Positions 1-8,644 are shown, counted from the stretch's first letter. The stretch is 20,000 nucleotides of DNA from an uncultured virus (IMG/VR IMGVR_UViG_3300042447_001246) (IMGVR_UViG_3300042447_001246); one strand, 5' to 3'. Made by a program: numbers and translations. The notes: generated from the sequence alone by a model not told the origin.

Positions 1-2
1 CG

Positions 3-593
3 AAATACTCGTGGCCGCAGATAGTAAAAGAACGAACGGGGATGAGCGTAAATCACATAGGGTTGCTTGGTGGCTCAATACAACAACTGGTGACACTTGT
101 TGTTGATTTTATGGCTATATATGGAAAACCCAAACATCTTCTATTCCTTGCACCAGATATGACTAGGCAGTGGGTTTTTGATTCTGTCTATCCATTTAGA
201 CATAGATACGAATTCGACGAATCAATAGATGACTTTTTTTGCTTTGACAAAAAACCAACGATAAAAAAGAGTCTAAACGGATTGAATATTGATATGAAAT
301 TGGTTGCCCAAAATTCATTTAACTCACTATCAATCCTGTCCAACCTGTGCCAACTGCTTGATATTAATTATGGGTTTTGCACATGGAGTCATAGCGACTC
401 AAAGATATATGAGAATTTTAATGTGAAAAACTATATTCCAAATATCCCACAAGATGTTTTGAATAAGAAATTAAGCTCATACAAACCCAACGATGAAAAT
501 TCCGCCTATTGGGATATTGGTACAGACAAAATGCACCAAGGAGTTCGTGGACATCTCTTTCATGCTGAAAGATTTATGACAATACTGGACTAA
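3..593 (+). CDS. SGNH/GDSL-hydrolase-like protein, 5' truncated by the window edge
   Basis: The frame is open from position 3 (KYSWPQIVKERTGMSVNHIGLLGGS...). The WP..NxGxxGxS block and C-terminal DKMHQG...H resemble phage SGNH-like proteins. The DNA is AT-rich relative to its neighbours. Confidence 0.5.
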   Translation, partial: KYSWPQIVKERTGMSVNHIGLLGGSIQQLVTLVVDFMAIYGKPKHLLFLAPDMTRQWVFDSVYPFRHRYEFDESIDDFFCFDKKPTIKKSLNGLNIDMKLVAQNSFNSLSILSNLCQLLDINYGFCTWSHSDSKIYENFNVKNYIPNIPQDVLNKKLSSYKPNDENSAYWDIGTDKMHQGVRGHLFHAERFMTILD

Positions 594-694
594 AAAACCA
601 TTTGATAATTAGTACATAATAATTGACCAACTATTGTTGTAAAATTGCAGCACGCCAACTTGGCGAATTGACACTTTTTACGAAATGAGTTGAC

Positions 695-1465
695 ATGAGC
701 AAAGTTGCATGGAATTACATCGTCCCTGTAGTGCTTCCAAAAGACCTTAAAGGAATTGAGCCAGGGAAGCTTCCAGCCAACCTTTTGAGGGCTGTTCCCG
801 GCGGCGGCAAGATGCATTGGATTGCTGCATCGGCATGGACTGCTATGGTCGAAAAGGCAAAGGCTGAAGGCGTTGAGCTAAAACCGACTTCCAGCGGCGA
901 CACATATAGAGATTACGAGACCCAGAAAAAAGGATTTCTCACCCGCTACACACTTGACAAAGTGGACGGAACCAGCACTAAAACCTTTGAAGGCAAGACT
1001 TGGTATCTCAAGAAAGGTATGGCGATGCTTGCCACGCCTGGTAAATCGCAGCATAACCTCGGTTTGGCCTGTGACGTTCATTCCGCGTCTGAGCCAAAGC
1101 GCCTCAACTGGCTTATTGCGAATGTCAAAGAGTTTGGCTTCTCATGGGAAGTAGTTCCATCTGAGCCATGGCATCTTCGCTATGTTTCCGGAGACAATGT
1201 TCCAGCCTCTGTAAAGGCATGGATGGACGCCAACGGAGTTACCGCACCAGCAGCAGGCGGAGCGCCAGTCGTAACACCTGCAGCAGGCGGCAATGACATC
1301 AGCAAGCTCCAAGAGGCACTTAAAGCTAAGGGTTTCTATAAAGGCGCTATCAATGGTCAAAAAGATGTCGCAACCGACGCTGCGGTAAAAGCTTTCAAAG
1401 TAGCAAACAAGCTTGCTGCTGACTCTGTAGTTGGTCCAAAAGTAAAAGAACTGCTCGGACTCTAA
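695..1465 (+). CDS. Endolysin: M15 (VanY-like) Zn peptidase plus C-terminal peptidoglycan-binding domain
   Basis: YR..Q motif, SQHNLGLACD (SxHxxGxAxD) and EPWHLRY (ExWH). An Ala/Pro linker leads to a PG_binding_1-like tail (LQEALKAKGF...AVKAFK...L.AD.VVGP). Confidence 0.9.
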   Translation: MSKVAWNYIVPVVLPKDLKGIEPGKLPANLLRAVPGGGKMHWIAASAWTAMVEKAKAEGVELKPTSSGDTYRDYETQKKGFLTRYTLDKVDGTSTKTFEGKTWYLKKGMAMLATPGKSQHNLGLACDVHSASEPKRLNWLIANVKEFGFSWEVVPSEPWHLRYVSGDNVPASVKAWMDANGVTAPAAGGAPVVTPAAGGNDISKLQEALKAKGFYKGAINGQKDVATDAAVKAFKVANKLAADSVVGPKVKELLGL

Positions 1466-1470
1466 TAGTC

Positions 1471-1719
1471 ATGACCGAGATAATCGTCGCCCTTGTTGGT
1501 GTTATTGGACTTATAGCCGTAGCGCTCATTGAAAAAGACCGTCGTTCATCAAAGATTATGTGGGAAGAAAACAAGGCAGACCATAACTACGTTGTCGAGA
1601 AGATTGAAACTCTTGGCAAAAGTCTTGGACGCTCAATTGATAAAACCAATAAATCACTCGACAGGGTGGAAGACAAACTCGACACACACATTCGCGACCA
1701 CGCAATAGGAGACCTCTAA
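1471..1719 (+). CDS. Single-TM plus coiled-coil protein (holin/lysis accessory-like)
   Basis: N-terminal hydrophobic helix IIVALVGVIGLIAVALI and a coiled-coil tail ending LDTHIRDH. Lies directly downstream of the endolysin. Confidence 0.65.
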   Translation: MTEIIVALVGVIGLIAVALIEKDRRSSKIMWEENKADHNYVVEKIETLGKSLGRSIDKTNKSLDRVEDKLDTHIRDHAIGDL

Positions 1720-1952
1720 TGGCAAGTGGAAAGCCAGCTAAAAGAAACGTATCAAACACTGTCGTTTCAACACCAAAAATTGACGATGGCCAAAACGTAC
1801 TTTACGTTGGCGCCGGTAAATCTGTGTTTCATAAATGCCCTGTTTGCAGTAAGTCAACAGGCAAGGGAATGGTGAGAGAATACAAAAGCGAACTTTTCTG
1901 CTCTCGCGGTTGTGTTGTCTCTCATAAATCAAAGACTGAAGTTTCCGTATGA
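1719..1952 (+). CDS. Small Zn-finger protein (CxxC...FCSxxC)
   Basis: CPVC...FCSRGC. TAATG overlap with the upstream gene and ATGA overlap with the downstream gene. Confidence 0.6.
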   Translation: MASGKPAKRNVSNTVVSTPKIDDGQNVLYVGAGKSVFHKCPVCSKSTGKGMVREYKSELFCSRGCVVSHKSKTEVSV

Positions 1953-2221
1953 AAAAGGACTTACTCGTAAATGTCTTACTTAGAATTCTTGCTACTTTCG
2001 CCGCATCTGGTCTTGGCGTTATCGGCGCAGGAACTATCGCTGGTGTTCCAGTACTCAAAGCTGTCTTCATGGCTGGAATTGCAGGGGTTGCAGTCGTAGT
2101 TGAAGGACTCTCACGCGCATTCCTCGAAGATGGAAAACTTTCAAGTTCTGAAATCAATGATGTGTTCAACAAGGTTGACAAAAAAGCACCAGCGAAAGCA
2201 AAGGAAAATAATGCCCGGTAG
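1949..2221 (+). CDS. Holin-like membrane protein
   Basis: Two hydrophobic segments, a DGKLS motif and a basic C-terminus, within the lysis cassette. Confidence 0.65.
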   Translation: MKKDLLVNVLLRILATFAASGLGVIGAGTIAGVPVLKAVFMAGIAGVAVVVEGLSRAFLEDGKLSSSEINDVFNKVDKKAPAKAKENNAR

Positions 2222-2336
2222 CCACGAAAAGTCTGAGTGCCAATGTGCACATTGCGGTTGTGAAACTTGGTGCATGAACGATTGTCCTTGCACCGAATTA
2301 ATGGGTGCCAGTGCATGCACAAGTCAACACGATTAA
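2211..2336 (+). CDS. 41-aa Cys-rich metallothionein-like microprotein
   Basis: AAGGA SD before ATG 2211. Sequence MPGSHEKSECQCAHCGCETWCMNDCPCTELMGASACTSQHD has 8 Cys, 3 His and three CxC motifs. Confidence 0.55.
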   Translation: MPGSHEKSECQCAHCGCETWCMNDCPCTELMGASACTSQHD

Positions 2337-2548
2337 TTAAACTGCTTCCAATCATGCTGATTGCAGTTTCAGCCTGCGGCTATGATGGAAAGTATCGTTA
2401 TCCATGCCAAGACCCAGAAAATTGGGGCAAAAGTGAATGTGAGCCACCAGAATGCAAGGTAGATGGAGCGTGCACAGAGACGCTGCTTGGATGGGACCCA
2501 AGCGCAGAGGTAACAGAAACTACAACAGGAGAGGTAGTCGCCCCATGA
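2315..2548 (+). CDS. Predicted lipoprotein
   Basis: MHKSTRLIKLLPIMLIAVSA-C signal with lipobox VSAC. The mature part YRYPCQDPENW..ECEPPEC..GAC has 4 further Cys. Confidence 0.7.
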   Translation: MHKSTRLIKLLPIMLIAVSACGYDGKYRYPCQDPENWGKSECEPPECKVDGACTETLLGWDPSAEVTETTTGEVVAP

Positions 2549-2826
2549 GACCACGCCTAACACCAGCCGAACTAGATGCTCGCCTTAAGTTTGTTATTGG
2601 CTGCATGCTTGGATTTGTTCTCCTCATAACAACCGTTGGAGTCCTCTGGGCACTTGTATTCGTGACACAGCCAATTGGTGCTCAAGCCGAAAACGACAAG
2701 ATGTTCTTTGGGGTCCTGTCCTCGGTTGCAACATTTATCACCGGAACTTTGGCTGGATTGATGATTTCAACAGGTCGTAATGCAGAAGACAAAAACGGTA
2801 ACGGGATTCCAGACAGCGAAGAGTAA
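2545..2826 (+). CDS. Two-TM membrane protein with C-terminal DxNxNG motif
   Basis: ATGA overlap with the lipoprotein gene and GGAGAGG SD. Two hydrophobic helices, tail DKNGNGIPDSEE. Confidence 0.75.
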   Translation: MRPRLTPAELDARLKFVIGCMLGFVLLITTVGVLWALVFVTQPIGAQAENDKMFFGVLSSVATFITGTLAGLMISTGRNAEDKNGNGIPDSEE

Positions 2827-2829
2827 ATA

Positions 2830-3432
2830 GTGTCTTTACACGAATTGGGTCTGAAACATGGAACCGATAAATCGACGTTCCATAAGTACATGGAGTTCTA
2901 CGAAAAGCACATTCCAAAGAATGAGATAAAAACATTCCTTGAGATAGGCGTCCAAGGTGGATTCTCGCTCCGCACATGGAGAGAGTGGTTTAATGATGAT
3001 TGTGAAATTGAGGGTTGGGACATAAACCCTCTTATACACATACCTGGATGTACCGTAAAGATAGTCGACCAGGCTGAAAGAAAACAAATAAAATCAAGTT
3101 CTAGAGATTTCTATGACCTCATTATTGATGATGGAGGTCATACCCCAGAACAGATGCAGACGTCATTTTCTGTCCTCTTCCCTAAATGTAAGTACTTCAT
3201 AATTGAGGACCTCCACGCGCCTTGGTGTGGAAGCGAGTTCATGCCAGAAGGCGAAGAGAACACCGTCGACCTGATAGAACGGATACCAATGTGGAGCTCC
3301 AAGCACTCAACCAAAGAAGAATCTGATTACATAAATCAGAATGCTGAAGTTGTTGAGCTGTATATCCAAGGGGAAAGACACCACCCACAATCAATGACGG
3401 TATTCATAAAAAATAGACAAAACCTCGAATAG
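2830..3432 (+). CDS. Class I SAM-dependent O-methyltransferase (MycE/Methyltransf_24-like)
   Basis: Motifs GTDK..H.Y...Y, LEIGV..G.SL..W, DLIIDDGGH and IIEDL. Confidence 0.8.
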   Translation: MSLHELGLKHGTDKSTFHKYMEFYEKHIPKNEIKTFLEIGVQGGFSLRTWREWFNDDCEIEGWDINPLIHIPGCTVKIVDQAERKQIKSSSRDFYDLIIDDGGHTPEQMQTSFSVLFPKCKYFIIEDLHAPWCGSEFMPEGEENTVDLIERIPMWSSKHSTKEESDYINQNAEVVELYIQGERHHPQSMTVFIKNRQNLE

Positions 3433-3470
3433 GGGCTAGGATAGACTTAGTCTTTAATAAAAGGGGGATA

Positions 3471-3647
3471 ATGCCAGTAAAAGGTGGATATCAGGCTCGC
3501 AAGGACTATGAGCGAGAAAGAAAGAATCGTAAGCGCATAGAGGCCTACATGCTGCTCCCCGAGCCAGAGCGCTCCAAAAAGCTGGAGGCAAACGCCAGAC
3601 GCAGAGCATACCAGATGAGATGGACTCAGGAAAAAACCTACTTTTAA
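3471..3647 (+). CDS. Small basic hypothetical protein (58 aa, not in ORF track)
   Basis: AAGGGGG SD followed by ATG. Sequence MPVKGGYQARKDYERERKNRKRIEAYMLLPEPERSKKLEANARRRAYQMRWTQEKTYF fills the gap between + strand genes. Confidence 0.6.
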   Translation: MPVKGGYQARKDYERERKNRKRIEAYMLLPEPERSKKLEANARRRAYQMRWTQEKTYF

Positions 3648-3735
3648 GCCATACCCTACTCACCTGAAAATGGTGGTAATTTCTTTGTGTACACCACCTG
3701 CTTTGGGATGGGCGAGTTTTTTCAGATTTATCCAA

Positions 3736-4071
3736 ATGGCTTCAAACAATAACGCTGACATGCTCTGGCATGATGATGGGCACTCTATAGAGCTGCGCAT
3801 AAACAGGTCAGAATTAGAAGTTCTTTCCATAAAGTGTCCAAAGACCGATGACCGCAAATGCGCATCAGAAGACCACGACTGCGTTGTTGAGTATTACATA
3901 CAGCGATTTGGCATGGAATGCAATGCTGGGGTGTGTCCTGCTTCAGAGAACATCCCAATCTGCTGGACGCTTCTCGGAGACCAAAGAAACCTTGACCTAG
4001 CTCAAGTCTGGTTCATGCCGAAAACTGACGAACTATTTTCCGCCTGGCTCATTGCCACAAAAAACCCTTAA
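3736..4071 (+). CDS. Hypothetical Cys-containing protein
   Basis: Likely start MASNNN at 3736. Protein-like composition with 6 Cys. Confidence 0.6.
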   Translation: MASNNNADMLWHDDGHSIELRINRSELEVLSIKCPKTDDRKCASEDHDCVVEYYIQRFGMECNAGVCPASENIPICWTLLGDQRNLDLAQVWFMPKTDELFSAWLIATKNP

Positions 4072-4526
4072 AAAGGTTCGTCCTCTTTTTGCTCCGGAGC
4101 TGAGGCTTCCTTCTTTTTCGGCTTTCGAAGGGCCGATATTGCATCAAAAAACTTGCGTATATCAGGGTGTTTTAAGACCTCTTCTTCATTGACTTTGTAA
4201 ATATTTTGTCGGTTGACTTTTGTCTTTGTAATTAACCCTGATGCAATAAGGGATTTAACCGTTTTGTCAATCATTGTCTCACTCAGGTCAAGGTAAACGG
4301 AAATTGCTCGCTGAGTTAATTTTGGGTCTTCGCTTAATACAACGAGAACACGACCAGCCGTTGACAAGAGACTAATCACGTCGTCGTTGTGGTATCTGAA
4401 CACTTTCTGTTTATCAAGGGCACGCATGACCGCTTCCACGGCATCTTCATCTGAATCAGATTGGTTCACGCCAAGGGCAGCTTGAATGGCCTTTTTGACC
4501 TCATCTGCCCGGTTGTCGTTTTTCAT
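4068..4526 (-). CDS. Winged-HTH (MarR-like) DNA-binding protein
   Basis: LTQRAISVYLDLSETMIDKTVKSLIASGLITKTKVNRQNIY matches a wHTH pattern. Confidence 0.8.
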   Translation of the reverse strand: MKNDNRADEVKKAIQAALGVNQSDSDEDAVEAVMRALDKQKVFRYHNDDVISLLSTAGRVLVVLSEDPKLTQRAISVYLDLSETMIDKTVKSLIASGLITKTKVNRQNIYKVNEEEVLKHPDIRKFFDAISALRKPKKKEASAPEQKEDEPF

Positions 4527-4658
4527 AAAATCTGCCTAGGTGTACCTGTTATTTAAATCACAATGGTGTAGTATCTCTGATGGGTCACTGATACCGCACT
4601 TGCGGTCTTGGTGAGCGGAACTCACAAGACCTACAACTTAGGAGATTAGCAGGTAAAT

Positions 4659-4937
4659 ATGCCACTCAAAGACACACTCAAATTAATCGCGGATAAATCC
4701 GGAATGGGCTCGATGTGCAAGTTTGGGAGGATTTACTCCGACATGGACGCAGAGACTAAAGACGCCCTACGCAGCGCCATGACGAGTAGCGCGTCGACTA
4801 TGGATATCTGCAGAGCCCTAAATGATGACGGAATCAAAATCCGTAGAGAATTCTTAGGGGAGAAAAGAAAGTGCTTCTCATCAATTTCAGCAGCATCAAA
4901 TTGTTGCCTCAACTCAGAAAGTAACGCACCAAAATGA
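4659..4937 (+). CDS. Hypothetical protein, possibly HTH-like, coupled to the phosphoesterase
   Basis: ATGA overlap with the next gene. Helical segment STMDICRALNDDGIKI. Confidence 0.6.
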   Translation: MPLKDTLKLIADKSGMGSMCKFGRIYSDMDAETKDALRSAMTSSASTMDICRALNDDGIKIRREFLGEKRKCFSSISAASNCCLNSESNAPK

Positions 4938-6148
4938 CAACAAAAAAGCCAAAATCGAGCATTGCAAAACTGGCTGAAACACAGCGAAAAAACGACTCAA
5001 ATTCAGCCCTTGCTGCACAGTTGGCTGATTTGATAATGAAGAACAATATTGACCTTGATGAAATTGGCAATATTCAGAAAGTATCGATTAGGCACAATAT
5101 CGGTCCTGACAAGAATGGCGTTCCACAGGGGAAGACAACTACAAGCATTCAGTTGTCACCAAAGTGGGATACTGGCCCAGAATGGCCTTTAATTACGCCA
5201 GCTCCAAGGCCTGCAAAACAACAACAAAAGTCAAATACAAAATCCAAGTCCATGAAGGGGTGGGAAACAGCTGTAATCGTCCCTGATATACAGTTCGGTT
5301 TCTACAAGACTGGAGTGGCTCATGATGCTCCAATTGCTGCAATTCATGATGACGAGGCTATCTCTGTAGCGCTTCAAGTAATCAAGGATGTGAACCCTGA
5401 CCAAGTCGTAATGGTTGGAGACAACCTAGATTTTGCTGAATTTGGCAAATATCTAACCGCACCTACGTTCAAGCAAATGATTCAGCCAGCAATCGATAGG
5501 GCTGCCCAGTTCCTTGAGGACCTGCGCGAAGCGGCACCAAATGCCAAAATCACATGGATTCAAGGCAATCACGAGAAGCGTCTGCCGATGTATATACAGA
5601 GCAATGCCGAGGCTGCCTTTGGAATCACTAGAGGAAAGACCAAGCAATCTTCGCTCCGAGACAACTGGCCAGTGCTATCTCTCCCAGTTTTGCTTTGGAT
5701 GGATGACCTTGACATTCAGTATCTGTCGGGTTATCCAGAAGCCGCCTATTACCTAAACTCAAATCTACGCATTGTCCACGGAGACAAGGTTGTTTCAAAC
5801 GGAAGCACAACCAATAAATACCTGAACACAAACTCTGTTTCAGTGATTTACGGTCACATCCATAGAAATGAAATGGCATTTCAAACCAGAGAAACCGACC
5901 AGGGTCCACGAACAATCATGGCGGCAAGCCCTGGATGTTTGTGCCGTATCGATGGCGCCGTACCTTCAGTTAAATCAGGACTAGATGAATTCGGTGTTCC
6001 TGTACTCCAAGGCGCAGAGAACTGGCAACAAGGCTTGGGTGTTGTCCAATACCAGCCAAGAGGCGTTGGAGGAGAGTACTTCAACTATGAGCCAATGTGG
6101 ATTTTCAAGGGCAGAGGGGTATTCAGAGGCCAGGAGTACGTTGCATAA
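4934..6148 (+). CDS. Calcineurin-like metallophosphoesterase
   Basis: Motifs PDIQ, GDNLD, GNHE, HGD and GHIH, with an N-terminal extension of about 110 aa. Confidence 0.88.
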   Translation: MTTKKPKSSIAKLAETQRKNDSNSALAAQLADLIMKNNIDLDEIGNIQKVSIRHNIGPDKNGVPQGKTTTSIQLSPKWDTGPEWPLITPAPRPAKQQQKSNTKSKSMKGWETAVIVPDIQFGFYKTGVAHDAPIAAIHDDEAISVALQVIKDVNPDQVVMVGDNLDFAEFGKYLTAPTFKQMIQPAIDRAAQFLEDLREAAPNAKITWIQGNHEKRLPMYIQSNAEAAFGITRGKTKQSSLRDNWPVLSLPVLLWMDDLDIQYLSGYPEAAYYLNSNLRIVHGDKVVSNGSTTNKYLNTNSVSVIYGHIHRNEMAFQTRETDQGPRTIMAASPGCLCRIDGAVPSVKSGLDEFGVPVLQGAENWQQGLGVVQYQPRGVGGEYFNYEPMWIFKGRGVFRGQEYVA

Positions 6149-6363
6149 TGGACGAAGAGGAACTTCAACGTAAAGTAATTAGCGAAACTCTTGAAGAGTG
6201 CGTGAAGCTTGGGTTGGTTGAAGTCGTCGGAATCAATGAGGCCGGGGAATGGTTGTATGGTGCAACGGAAAAAGGAATCAGGGTTCTAAACTCTGCTCAA
6301 GGATACAAGGCTGCCTATGAAGCAATTCTTGCCATGAGAGAAGATTACGAAGAAGAGGAATAA
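6148..6363 (+). CDS. Small acidic protein with wHTH-like wing
   Basis: TAATG overlap with the phosphoesterase gene. Segment LEECVKLGLVEVVG...WLYGATEKG. Confidence 0.6.
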   Translation: MDEEELQRKVISETLEECVKLGLVEVVGINEAGEWLYGATEKGIRVLNSAQGYKAAYEAILAMREDYEEEE

Positions 6364-6368
6364 ACCCC

Positions 6369-6992
6369 ATGACAACGATTATCGGAATACAGGGAGATGG
6401 TTTCGCATTTGCATGCGTCGACTCCCAGATTTCTGATGTTGATGACAATGGGTACGCAACGCAGATAGCCACTCTCAGAGAGTCTTCATCAAAACTCAGC
6501 TACAACGGCAGGTACTTGCTTGGAGCCGCAGGGGATGTAAGAGCGATAAACATTCTCCACCATGCCTTCAACCCTCCAGTTTGTCCACCGACTTTAAAGG
6601 GAAAGAAGCTCGACCACTTCGTTACAGTTAAATTTATCCCAGCCTTAAGGGAATGTTTTGAAACCCACGGGTACAACTCGCCACAGAACGAGAATTCCGA
6701 GCATGTTGCTGAACACGGTTCAGTCATTTTCATGGCTATCAATGGCGTGATATACGTAATCGACGGAGACTACTCATGGATGTCGGATATGAATGGAGTC
6801 TATGCAATTGGGACTGGCGCGCAATATGCGCTAGGGGCGCTGCATGTCCTGATGCCAAAGACCAAGATGACTATGGCTGTCGCCAAGAAGATTGGAATCA
6901 AAGCCATAGTGACTGCCGCCAGGTTTGACCCATATACCGGCGCGCCGTACCACTCATTTACGACTGGGACCGAGAAGAAGCCAAGACCTTAG
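6369..6992 (+). CDS. Proteasome beta-subunit/HslV-like Ntn threonine protease
   Basis: N-terminal (M)TTIIG gives Thr1, followed by Asp17 (DSQ), a downstream Lys (SKL), IGTGAQYALG and DPYTG. Confidence 0.85.
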   Translation: MTTIIGIQGDGFAFACVDSQISDVDDNGYATQIATLRESSSKLSYNGRYLLGAAGDVRAINILHHAFNPPVCPPTLKGKKLDHFVTVKFIPALRECFETHGYNSPQNENSEHVAEHGSVIFMAINGVIYVIDGDYSWMSDMNGVYAIGTGAQYALGALHVLMPKTKMTMAVAKKIGIKAIVTAARFDPYTGAPYHSFTTGTEKKPRP

Positions 6993-7395
6993 CACAGGCT
7001 TTACAGCCTCTATTAGGACGACCATTTCTCATTTTCACCCTGGTGTTCTCTGCGGTGAATTCATGTCCACGCTTGCAGTGGGTCAGATTAGCCAGTTGAT
7101 TACTGCCCCTCTCTGACCTTTGAACCCCTGCAGTGCTTGGGTCTGTAGCCAGCAAGTGTTCAGGATTGAGGCAACCAACATCGCCGCAGGTTCTGTATAT
7201 GTTGTGGGAGTAGTCGATATCCCCAACATGCATAAGGTACGAGAGTCTATGGGCATGCATAGATGTCCCTTTCCACATGAACTTAGGATGTTCCTTGATT
7301 ACATCTCCGTTTAGCTTCATGAAGTACCAACAAGAATCAGTTACTTTTATTCTCTTTTTGAACGCTGTCTGGATAGATTTATCCGGAGTTTTCAC
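6958..7395 (-). CDS. HNH homing-endonuclease-like protein, probably inactive, with C-terminal THCxRGH...CxxC domain
   Basis: Motifs CW, AHRLSY, C...CLNPEHL and THCKRGHEF..ENT...CKAC. Confidence 0.75.
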   Translation of the reverse strand: MKTPDKSIQTAFKKRIKVTDSCWYFMKLNGDVIKEHPKFMWKGTSMHAHRLSYLMHVGDIDYSHNIYRTCGDVGCLNPEHLLATDPSTAGVQRSERGSNQLANLTHCKRGHEFTAENTRVKMRNGRPNRGCKACAKVLASSRSQS

Positions 7396-7398
7396 TGA

Positions 7399-7665
7399 CT
7401 AGCTCCGGCTCCTCATGATTTCGGCTCTTGTCATAGCGTCTCCGAATACACCATTACTCATAGCTGCTCTCATGCGGCTTCCGCTAGAGCGCTCGTAAGT
7501 AGTGCTTGCTTCAGAGCGAGTGCCAATCTCTCCAGGCTTGCACGTCAAGCACTGCTTGTACTTTCGACCACTTCCCTTATTTAGAATACGAACATTGTCA
7601 TCTGAAAGCTCATGTCCTAACTTGCAGTGAGTTCGTTCGGCTCGTTCCTTAATCTGTCGTCCCAT
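7399..7665 (-). CDS. Stand-alone THCxxGH...CxxC Zn-binding domain protein
   Basis: GAAGGAA SD before ATG 7665. Segment THCKLGHELSDDNV...QCLTC. Confidence 0.65.
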   Translation of the reverse strand: MGRQIKERAERTHCKLGHELSDDNVRILNKGSGRKYKQCLTCKPGEIGTRSEASTTYERSSGSRMRAAMSNGVFGDAMTRAEIMRSRS

Positions 7666-7881
7666 GTGATTTCCTTCCTTCGTAGGTATGCATAGATTAC
7701 ACAAAGGAGAGGAACGAAGCAACAATTGGAGGAAAGAAACGCCGCTTAATTTGCTGCCACGGGGTTAGCAAAAGCTGGGTAGTCCACTATACCTAGAAGG
7801 GAATAATAGATGTGCTTATATAGGGAGACGTAATTAATGAGAACTCAATAAAGGGTTCTTAAGAAAGATTGCCCAATTATA

Positions 7882-8214
7882 ATGCCCAAACAAAAAAAGG
7901 TAAATAAAACTACCCAACCAACAGAATTACCGTATATCCAAAGATTCGGTTGGTTTGAACTAGCAGCCTGTAAGAATAAGACCGCACTTATGTTTCCCAA
8001 AGAACATAAGGATATTACTTATATTGCCCAGGCTAGGGCTATCTGTAAAGGCTGTCCAGTGAAGAATCAGTGTTTGGAGTATGCACTAGAGTTCCCACCG
8101 GCAGATATGCATGGTGTATGGGCTGGACTCACTAGTAGACAACTAGCAGCAGAGCAAAGACGCAGGGGAGTAAAGCCAACAAGGCCGACCCTTGCACAGA
8201 TGTGGGGAAGCTAA
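7882..8214 (+). CDS. whiB: WhiB-family Fe-S transcription factor
   Basis: AAC...ICKGCPV..QCLEYAL...GVWAG: four Cys plus the G[VI]W[GA]G turn and a basic tail. Confidence 0.92.
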   Translation: MPKQKKVNKTTQPTELPYIQRFGWFELAACKNKTALMFPKEHKDITYIAQARAICKGCPVKNQCLEYALEFPPADMHGVWAGLTSRQLAAEQRRRGVKPTRPTLAQMWGS

Positions 8215-8303
8215 TGGAAGCAACCATCTGCTCCTGTATTAAGAGAAAGATACTCCCGACATACCCAATATGCGGAGAGAAGTTAGACGACTTCGAAGAC
8301 TAG
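8214..8303 (+). CDS. 29-aa micro-ORF coupled to whiB
   Basis: TAATG overlap with the whiB stop. Sequence MEATICSCIKRKILPTYPICGEKLDDFED. Confidence 0.35.
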   Translation: MEATICSCIKRKILPTYPICGEKLDDFED

Positions 8304-8644
8304 TTAACTCTTAGATTACAGGTCTTACAGAACTCCATACCTGATATGTCAGTAAGGTCCTGAACACATTCCTTTTGACCACAAGGCTGGAGAAGTCTTT
8401 CACCAGTGATGTACGAACGAATGACATCGTCAGCAGTGACTTTAGAGTACTGAGAAGGACCAGGCTCAGGGATTTTCTTTTCGTTCCGTATGAACATAAG
8501 GGCTGCATAAGTAATCAGTTGATTGACCGAAACCCCTATTTCATCGGCATAGCGAACAATCTCATTCTTTTGAGCACCCGTAACGGACAGCGCAATGCCG
8601 TACTTACGGTTAGGGAATTTAGCTAACTCTCGCTTACGCACCAT
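8300..8644 (-). CDS. Ribbon-helix-helix-like protein with C-terminal Zn ribbon
   Basis: IALSVTGAQKNEIVRYADEIGVSVNQLI, then PCGQKEC...FCKTC. Confidence 0.65.
   Translation of the reverse strand: MVRKRELAKFPNRKYGIALSVTGAQKNEIVRYADEIGVSVNQLITYAALMFIRNEKKIPEPGPSQYSKVTADDVIRSYITGERLLQPCGQKECVQDLTDISGMEFCKTCNLRVN

Noticed and set aside
1738..2355. 205-aa minus-strand ORF
   Set aside because: It is antisense to the tightly coupled + strand lysis genes.
3454..3735. 93-aa minus-strand ORF
   Set aside because: The plus-strand ORF 3471-3647 has a strong SD and matches the local gene orientation.
6148..6363. Small acidic gene beside the proteasome-like subunit as a Pup/ubiquitin-like tag
   Set aside because: It lacks a C-terminal GG[EQ] and looks folded (wHTH-like) rather than disordered.
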